A stretch of 64,000 nucleotides of DNA from NCBI GenBank assembly GCA_041633555.1, contig JBFKFZ010000001.1, positions 20,259-84,258 of the forward strand. Direction: 5' to 3'. Shown in pieces: positions 27,975 to 34,300 of this stretch. Source of the DNA: Paracoccaceae bacterium (GTDB lineage Bacteria > Pseudomonadota > Alphaproteobacteria > Rhodobacterales > Rhodobacteraceae). Under the pieces are notes generated by a model. That model was given only the letters and a program-made list of their open reading frames with translations. It ran no database searches and was not told the origin of the DNA. How positions within the stretch are numbered: position 1 is the first letter of the stretch; every line of letters begins with the position of its first letter. The translations under genes were made by a program, and so were the position numbers.

Positions 27975-28171
27975 TCACCCCCCATCGGGAATTAATCCAC
28001 CAGTTTCCGGTGCTTGACATTACTCAGCGGCAGCCTAGCACAAAAAAACGCGATGGCCAGTATGACAATCCAGACCTTCACCAAATCGCCCGAACCTGAA
28101 ACAAGTCTTGACCGATCCAGTGCCTTGACATTTCATTGCAGCCTGTGAGGAACGATCGTGGGGGGCGACAG

Positions 28172-28588
28172 ATGGGGTTCTCAAGGGCGGTATTGTGTGC
28201 CGCTGCGATCTGTGCCGGCCCGGCGTTCGCGCAGGACGGAAACCTGACGATCGAGCTCAACAAGTTCGAAGATACCGATGGCGGCAACTGCCAGGCGTTC
28301 TTTCTTTACCGCAATGGCACGGGCAAATCCTTCGAGGAATTCGAGATGTCGCTGGCGATCCTCGACACCTCCGGCGTGATCGACAGGCTCTTGACCGTCG
28401 ATGCGGCCCCCCTGCCCGTGGCCCGGACGACGTTGAAACTGTTCGAGATCCCGTCCATCGAATGTGCCGCGATATCGGAGCTTCTGCTGCATGCCATAGA
28501 TGCCTGTCGCCCGCAGAACGAGGATCGGATGGATTGCTTTCCCATCATCGATCTGGTCAGCCGCACCCCGGCTGCCTTGGTCAAATAG
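28172..28588 (+). CDS. Secreted hypothetical protein (138 aa, 4 Cys in the mature part)
   Basis: Signal peptide MGFSRAVLCAAAICAGPAFA/QDG. Stop lies 3 nt before the exbB start. The track start at 28136 is TTG; ATG 28172 is preferred. Confidence 0.6.
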   Translation: MGFSRAVLCAAAICAGPAFAQDGNLTIELNKFEDTDGGNCQAFFLYRNGTGKSFEEFEMSLAILDTSGVIDRLLTVDAAPLPVARTTLKLFEIPSIECAAISELLLHAIDACRPQNEDRMDCFPIIDLVSRTPAALVK

Positions 28589-28591
28589 GTC

Positions 28592-29215
28592 ATGCTCGAA
28601 GGCCTGTTTGACTCGCTCGGCACCGGCGGGCCGATCATCATCATACTGCTGTGCATTTCCTTGCTGTCGGTGGTCCTGATCATCGCCAAGACCCTGCAAC
28701 TGCTGCCCGTGCGTGGCGGCGCCAAGCTGCGCGATGCCGCATTTGCCAAATGGAGAGAGGGCGAGCGCGACGCCGCCCGATCCCTGCTTGCCGGTGGCAG
28801 ATCCCCGGCGGACCGGGTCACGACCTTCGCGATGGACGGAACTCTCCGCGGCCTGCCCCGCGCCCCGCTGGAGGCGGAGGTCGAGCGCCAGGGCAATGCC
28901 GAGGTCGAGGCAATGTCGCGGCATATCCGGCTGCTCGAACTTGTCGCGATGATCTCGCCGCTGCTGGGGCTTCTGGGAACCGTCTTGGGCATGATCCAGT
29001 CGTTTCAGGAACTGGAACTGGCGCAAGGCGCGGCCAACGCCTCGGTCTTGGCAGGCGGTATTTGGCAAGCGCTTCTGACCACCGCCGCTGGCCTGATCGT
29101 CGCGATCCCGGCGGCGATTGCGGCCAGTCTGCTGAGCGCAAGGATCGACGCCGCCGCGCATCTCATCGAGGGCGCTGTCGGCCGGTTCTTCCTGGAGCTG
29201 GACACCAAGAGCTGA
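28592..29215 (+). CDS. MotA/TolQ/ExbB-family proton channel protein
   Basis: Three TM helices; conserved LELVAMISPLLGLLGTVLGMIQSF and GIWQALLTTAAGLIVAIPA. Confidence 0.9.
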   Translation: MLEGLFDSLGTGGPIIIILLCISLLSVVLIIAKTLQLLPVRGGAKLRDAAFAKWREGERDAARSLLAGGRSPADRVTTFAMDGTLRGLPRAPLEAEVERQGNAEVEAMSRHIRLLELVAMISPLLGLLGTVLGMIQSFQELELAQGAANASVLAGGIWQALLTTAAGLIVAIPAAIAASLLSARIDAAAHLIEGAVGRFFLELDTKS

Positions 29216-29228
29216 AGTCCGAAAGGGA

Positions 29229-29648
29229 ATGGCCATGGAGCTACGCCGAGCAAGACCCGCCAAGACCCTGATCTCGCTCGTGCCGATGATCGACGTCATG
29301 CTGATCCTGCTGGTTTTCTTCATGGTCACGTCGAGCTATCTGAACCTCGACATGATGCCGATGGTCGAAAGCGCCGAAGATGCGCCGGCGGCCGGGGCAA
29401 GGGACTCTGCCGCGCCGCTGCTGATCCGCATCGCTGCCGATGGCCGCCCGCACATCCGGGGCCAGCCGCTCGACGCCAGCCAACTGACGTCGTTGATCCG
29501 TTCGCGGCTGACCGAGAGCCCGCTGTCCAGCGTGATTGTCCTTCCATCTGGTGCGGCCACAACGCAGCACCTGGTTTCATTGATGGACACGGCCACACAG
29601 GCGGGGGCGACCCGATTGCGCCTGATCCGGCTGGAGCCGCGGCCATGA
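29229..29648 (+). CDS. ExbD/TolR-family protein (copy 1)
   Basis: N-terminal TM helix with ISLVPMIDVMLILLVFFMV. 139 aa. Confidence 0.85.
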   Translation: MAMELRRARPAKTLISLVPMIDVMLILLVFFMVTSSYLNLDMMPMVESAEDAPAAGARDSAAPLLIRIAADGRPHIRGQPLDASQLTSLIRSRLTESPLSSVIVLPSGAATTQHLVSLMDTATQAGATRLRLIRLEPRP

Positions 29649-30049
29649 AGCTGTGCCGGGTCCGATCGCAACAAAGATCCGAGACGATCATTGCGCTGAT
29701 CGACGTGGTTTTCTTTCTTCTCGTGTTCTTCATGCTGATCGGGCGGATGGACGCCACCGCTCCGTTCGAAGTACACCCCGCTACCGCGGTGACAGGCGCC
29801 GACCTGCCCGCAGGGGGCGCCACGCTCTCGATCAGTGCGGCGGGGGCGCTTGCGCTTGACGGCACGGCCATCGCCGCGCCCGACCTGATGCCAACGCTAG
29901 CAGTCATGCTTGCCGAAAGCCCCGACTTATTGATCCGGGTCAATGCCCACAGGGATGCGCAGCTGCACGGGATCCTGCCGCTGATCGCCGAGATCGAGCG
30001 CGCGGGCGCGCGCGACGTGGTGCTTGTCGTGACGCCGGAGAGATCCTGA
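29645..30049 (+). CDS. ExbD/TolR-family protein (copy 2)
   Basis: IIALIDVVFFLLVFFML. 134 aa. ATGA overlap with copy 1. Confidence 0.85.
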   Translation: MKLCRVRSQQRSETIIALIDVVFFLLVFFMLIGRMDATAPFEVHPATAVTGADLPAGGATLSISAAGALALDGTAIAAPDLMPTLAVMLAESPDLLIRVNAHRDAQLHGILPLIAEIERAGARDVVLVVTPERS

Positions 30050-31503
30050 TGCGCGGCGCGGCGATCTGGGCAATGGCGGGGCTCGGTTCTCTCCTGGCCC
30101 ATCTTGCCTTCTTCGCATTCCTGGACCTTGCGGTATCCCCCGACCCCCTGACCCCGCAGCAGCCGCCTGAAACCCGCATGTCGCTGGATGCCTATCAGGT
30201 CGACAAGCAGGATGCGGTAGCACAATCGACGGCGGGCGAGACGGCGGCCGAGCAGGACAATGCGGGCACAGCGCTAAGTCCCAGCGCCGTCCTACAGTCA
30301 AGGGCGAGGGGCCAGCCGGTCTTTGGCGAGACGATCACCGATGCCGCGCCTCAGGTCGCCGCCATCGCCCCGTCCCGTCCGACGGGCCAGATCGTTTCGG
30401 CTGCCCGCCCGTCCGAGCCCGTCATCCCGGCCGCAAGCCCCGTCGCAACCGCCCTCGCGTCAAGCCCGCCACCTGCGGCCCCGATCCAGGCCGCCGCCCT
30501 GCCCGCGCCGTCAACCAAGGCCGCCACCCAGCCGCTGCCGGCGGTCGCAGTCGATGCGGCGCAGGCCCTTGCCTCGGCGGTCGCTGGACTCCCGCTACCC
30601 GCGATCGCCGCCGAAACCCCACCGCCCGAGGCGCAGGCGATTGTCGGTGTGCCACCGCCCTCGGAAGCGACCACCGCTACATTGGCCTGGAATTTCGGCG
30701 AACGCATCGTCACCGACCCGGCTTCGCTGGCGGTGATCCAGGCCTTCATGGCGCCGGTTGACCTGGCGAGTTCCAACACCAATGCCGGCGATGTCAGGGA
30801 TGGGCTGGCGGCGATCCTCACCGGCGTCGACTGCGCCCGGTTGACCGCCACATTCGTTCCCGAGACCGGCGAACTGGAGCTGCGCGGCCATGTGCCGGAC
30901 CCGGCCATGCAGGCGCCGATCCTGAAGGCGCTGCGCGAGCAGATCGGTGACGGCATCCCGGTGACGGGCAATCTGCTGCACCTGCCGCACCCGCAATGCG
31001 GCGCGCTGAGCGGCATCGCTGAGGCCGGACTGCCGCAATCGACCGACCAGCTGACCAACGCCCTGCTGATCGGCAACAATGCGCAAGCCCGCGAATATGG
31101 CTTCACCGAGGGTCAGCGTCTGGCCTTCGACCTGACCGCGCCTGACTACGATGCGGTGGTCTACGTCGACTATTTTGATGCGGGTGGTCAGGTGATCCAC
31201 CTGATCCCGAACGAGACCGTGCCACTGACGCGGCATCCGGCGAAATCGGGTTTCGGAGTCGGCACCGACAGTGCCGGCGGCCCGAGCCTGAACATCACCA
31301 TCGGGCCGCCCTTCGGGCAGGAAATCGCGGTGGCCTTCGCGGCGTCAACGCCACTTTTCGAGGACCTGCGGCCACTAATCGAACCTGCCGAAACATACCT
31401 GGCGGAACTGAAGCAACGCGTGGCCGAAGCCCGCGCCGCCGATCCCGGCTTCAAGGGCGAATGGGTCTATTTCTTCATCACGACGTCGCCCGCGACCCAG
31501 TAG
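30049..31503 (+). CDS. TonB/TolA-like anchored protein: His-containing N-terminal TM helix, Ala/Pro-rich linker, non-TonB C-terminal periplasmic module
   Basis: TM helix GLGSLLAHLAFFAFL (TonB-like His), ~190 aa of Ala/Pro-rich spacer, C-terminal ~235 aa resembling the periplasmic end of the ppkA product. Start overlaps the exbD2 stop. Confidence 0.7.
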   Translation: MRGAAIWAMAGLGSLLAHLAFFAFLDLAVSPDPLTPQQPPETRMSLDAYQVDKQDAVAQSTAGETAAEQDNAGTALSPSAVLQSRARGQPVFGETITDAAPQVAAIAPSRPTGQIVSAARPSEPVIPAASPVATALASSPPPAAPIQAAALPAPSTKAATQPLPAVAVDAAQALASAVAGLPLPAIAAETPPPEAQAIVGVPPPSEATTATLAWNFGERIVTDPASLAVIQAFMAPVDLASSNTNAGDVRDGLAAILTGVDCARLTATFVPETGELELRGHVPDPAMQAPILKALREQIGDGIPVTGNLLHLPHPQCGALSGIAEAGLPQSTDQLTNALLIGNNAQAREYGFTEGQRLAFDLTAPDYDAVVYVDYFDAGGQVIHLIPNETVPLTRHPAKSGFGVGTDSAGGPSLNITIGPPFGQEIAVAFAASTPLFEDLRPLIEPAETYLAELKQRVAEARAADPGFKGEWVYFFITTSPATQ

Positions 31504-31505
31504 GA

Positions 31506-33056
31506 TTATTCGCAGCCGCCCTCAGCCCAACGCATGAGGCTATGCTTGAAACTGGCGCCATAGGGATGCGGCTTTTCCAAAGAACGGCTGGCCGAGGCTG
31601 ACAGATAAGTCGTGGCCTGCGTGCAGAGATCCTCGCGGGTCCATTCGTGGCAGTTCGCGCAGGTCTGGCCCTTCCAGAGTTCGTCCGGAATGCCCTCGAT
31701 CGGCGGGAAGATCGGCGATCCGGCGACCAGTTCCTCGATGCTCTTGCCGACAATCTCGGACGTGCCAGACTGAAGTGGTTGGGAAAACAGCACCGGTACG
31801 CCGTGCGGAGGGATCGCAACGGGTTCAATCTCTGGCTCCGGCGTGACGGGCGGTGCCGCAGCTTTGGTGGCCGCCGCTTCGGCCTGAGCCTGCAGGGTAC
31901 GGATCTCGAACCTTGCAAGTTCCGAAAAGACGCCTTCGGGGAATTCTGCCAGATAGTCCTCGTAATCGGCCAGTTGTCCCGTGCGGCGCGCCTGTTCGAT
32001 CAAGTCGGCCTCGCGGTCCGCAGGTGCGGTCGCCTCGGGCGAAGGCTCGGGTGCTGCCGCCACATCCGGCTCGGCAACCGGTTCCTGACCGGACTTCAGT
32101 TCTTCCTTCAGGACGTCGCTGAGCAGTGCTTGGGCGTCTTCTCTGTGCAGCCCATCGGGATAGGATCGCAGGAACAGGAGGATCTGAACCGGATCCCGCG
32201 ATAGCTCGACCGAACGCCAAAGCTGCTGCTCGGCGACTTCCTCCGGGGTCATTTGCCGGCCAGCCTTGAAGACGAAGTCGCTGGTCAACGACGATGTATC
32301 CCACGGCGTCTGCGCGCCGCCGGTTTCCGCGATCACCTTGACCCGCACGTTCTTGAACAGCTGCTCGATGGACAGGTCTTCGCTCATCATCTCGGCGGCC
32401 AATGCACTGGTGAAGGGGCTGTTGCCCTGCACACCGTCCAGCGCGACCGAGCCGGGCGCGGTGGCATAAGCAAGGTAGGTGCCGGTCGGGGCCTTCATCT
32501 CGGCCAGACCATTGTCGTTGAGCGACGGGATCGCTTCGAACGGATTGTTGCGGCAGGCATCGAGGATCACGATGTTGGTGCGGTTCCGCGCCGAGGCCAT
32601 CTGGCGCAGCACGGCCGAGGCTTCCAATGCTACAAGGTCCAGATCGGCGGCGTTGGTCAGGCGCGTGTCGACCGGCAAGAGGTAGTTCGCTCCAAACGAC
32701 TGCACCCCGTGGCCGGCATAATAGAAAAGCCCCACCGTATCGGATCCGCCTGCGCGAAGTTCACTGCCGAAGCCAGAGATCGCCCGCTTCAGTTCAACCT
32801 GCGGCGCATCCGTCAGCAACATGACCCGGAAACCCACATTTTCTAGGCTTTCAGCCATCAGCCTTGCATCATTCACCGGGTTGTCGAGCGGCTCAACCGC
32901 AGTATAGCCGCCATTGCCGATGACAAGTGCAATCCGCTCTTCTGCAACCGCCGGAAGCGTGAGCCACAGCAGTGCTGCAAGCCCGGTGGTTATGCGAAAG
33001 AACAAACTCACGCAGCCACTCTCGCCCGGCATGATGTCAGGATCGGGGCCGTCCAC
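31506..33056 (-). CDS. Exported caspase-family (peptidase C14) protein with a C-terminal CxxCH motif
   Basis: Signal/anchor LAALLWLTLPAVA. Caspase His/Cys dyad contexts FYYAGHG and VILDACRNNPF. Two ...FLRSYPDG.../...YLAEFPEG... helical motifs. CANCH encoded at 31647-31661. Confidence 0.85.
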   Translation of the reverse strand: MDGPDPDIMPGESGCVSLFFRITTGLAALLWLTLPAVAEERIALVIGNGGYTAVEPLDNPVNDARLMAESLENVGFRVMLLTDAPQVELKRAISGFGSELRAGGSDTVGLFYYAGHGVQSFGANYLLPVDTRLTNAADLDLVALEASAVLRQMASARNRTNIVILDACRNNPFEAIPSLNDNGLAEMKAPTGTYLAYATAPGSVALDGVQGNSPFTSALAAEMMSEDLSIEQLFKNVRVKVIAETGGAQTPWDTSSLTSDFVFKAGRQMTPEEVAEQQLWRSVELSRDPVQILLFLRSYPDGLHREDAQALLSDVLKEELKSGQEPVAEPDVAAAPEPSPEATAPADREADLIEQARRTGQLADYEDYLAEFPEGVFSELARFEIRTLQAQAEAAATKAAAPPVTPEPEIEPVAIPPHGVPVLFSQPLQSGTSEIVGKSIEELVAGSPIFPPIEGIPDELWKGQTCANCHEWTREDLCTQATTYLSASASRSLEKPHPYGASFKHSLMRWAEGGCE

Positions 33057-33149
33057 AGCAATTGCATGTCATTCCTCGCGCGCGACCGGCGACCCGGCCC
33101 TGTTGCATGTGATCATTGCTATTGACCTCCTTGGGCGCAATAGTTCCTC

Positions 33150-34232
33150 ATGTCTTTTTTTGGCCTTGGGAAGTTCATGATGCATTTCGTTCGCCTGTTC
33201 GCGTGTTTGTTCATCTGGTCGCTCGCGACCATGGCACCGGCTCAGGACAATCCGTTCGCCCCCGGCTGGGTGCTGCAGCCAGAGGCCTCATCGCTTCGCT
33301 TTCAGTCGGTGAAGAACCAGTCGAAGATCGAATCTTCCTCTTTCGCCACGATCTCTGGGGAGATCAATCCTTCGGGCAAGGCTGGCGTGAAGATCCTGCT
33401 GGATAGCGTCGACACGAAGATCGATCTGCGCAACGTCCGGATGCGCTTCCTGTTCTTCGAGACGTTCAAGTTCCCCGAAGCCACCATCAGCGTTCAACTC
33501 GATGCAGCCGATATCGCGGATCTGGCGCAAGTCAGGCGCAAGACGATGGTTCTGCCTTACACGATCACCCTGCACGGCATCACCAAGGCGCTGGAAGCCA
33601 ATCTTGCCCTGACCCTGATCGACGATGATCTGGTGGCGGTCTCGACCAACGAACCGATCACACTTGCGGTTGCCGACTTTGCCCTGACCGATGGTCTAGA
33701 GAAGCTCGAAGATGCCGCCAGCGTCGAGATCGTACCCTCGACTACTGTCACATTCGACTTCATTTTCAATCGTTTGCCTGGCGAAGCTGATGCAACTATT
33801 ACGGCGGCCACGACTCCTGAAAAGCCCGCCAGCGTCGCGCTTGAAGCCCAGGGTGATTTCTCGCTGGAAGCCTGCGTCGGTCGGTTCGAGATCCTGTCAC
33901 GTACCGGAAACATCTATTTCGGGCCCGGCTCTGCCCGGCTCACCGCCGATAGCTGGCCACTTCTTGATACGGTCGCCGACATCGTGCAGCGGTGCCCCGG
34001 CCTTGTCATTCAAGTGGGCGGCCATACCGACAGCCTTGGGCCTGACGATGCGAACCAGACCCTGTCCGAACGGCGTGCCGGCTCGGTCGTCACTTATCTC
34101 GCCGGGAAGGGCATCGCCGCTGACCGCGTGATTCCGGTCGGGTTCGGAGAGAAGTACCCTGTCGCCACGAATGATACTCCGAAGGGTCGCGGCCAGAACC
34201 GGCGGATCGAGTTTTCCGTCGGCAACAACTGA
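33150..34232 (+). CDS. Exported YceI-like domain fused to an OmpA/MotB peptidoglycan-binding domain
   Basis: Signal peptide (M)MHFVRLFACLFIWSLATMAPAQ. YceI-like LRFQSVKN...FATISGEI...LDSVDT. OmpA-like IYFGPGSARL...VGGHTDSLG...NRRIEFSV. The start could also be 33177/33180. Confidence 0.8.
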   Translation: MSFFGLGKFMMHFVRLFACLFIWSLATMAPAQDNPFAPGWVLQPEASSLRFQSVKNQSKIESSSFATISGEINPSGKAGVKILLDSVDTKIDLRNVRMRFLFFETFKFPEATISVQLDAADIADLAQVRRKTMVLPYTITLHGITKALEANLALTLIDDDLVAVSTNEPITLAVADFALTDGLEKLEDAASVEIVPSTTVTFDFIFNRLPGEADATITAATTPEKPASVALEAQGDFSLEACVGRFEILSRTGNIYFGPGSARLTADSWPLLDTVADIVQRCPGLVIQVGGHTDSLGPDDANQTLSERRAGSVVTYLAGKGIAADRVIPVGFGEKYPVATNDTPKGRGQNRRIEFSVGNN

Positions 34233-34300
34233 CGGCGATGATCGGATTGGCTCTCTGCAGTTACTCCGCCGCGTGGACCCGAAGGGGTTCGTGACCGGCA

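Noticed and set aside
27975-28171. Sigma-54 promoter for the T6SS operon
   Set aside because: No TGGCAC-N5-TTGC(A/T)-like element on either strand by eye.
28172-28588. Possible TssJ lipoprotein
   Set aside because: No lipobox: the Cys residues in the leader are not preceded by L-(A/S)-(G/A). The cleavage looks like signal peptidase I (AFA/QDG). It is encoded in the Exb operon, not the T6SS operon.
28181-29329. 382-aa minus-strand ORF
   Set aside because: Antisense to the secreted-protein gene, exbB and the exbD1 start. Arg/Gln/Gly-rich with no motifs.
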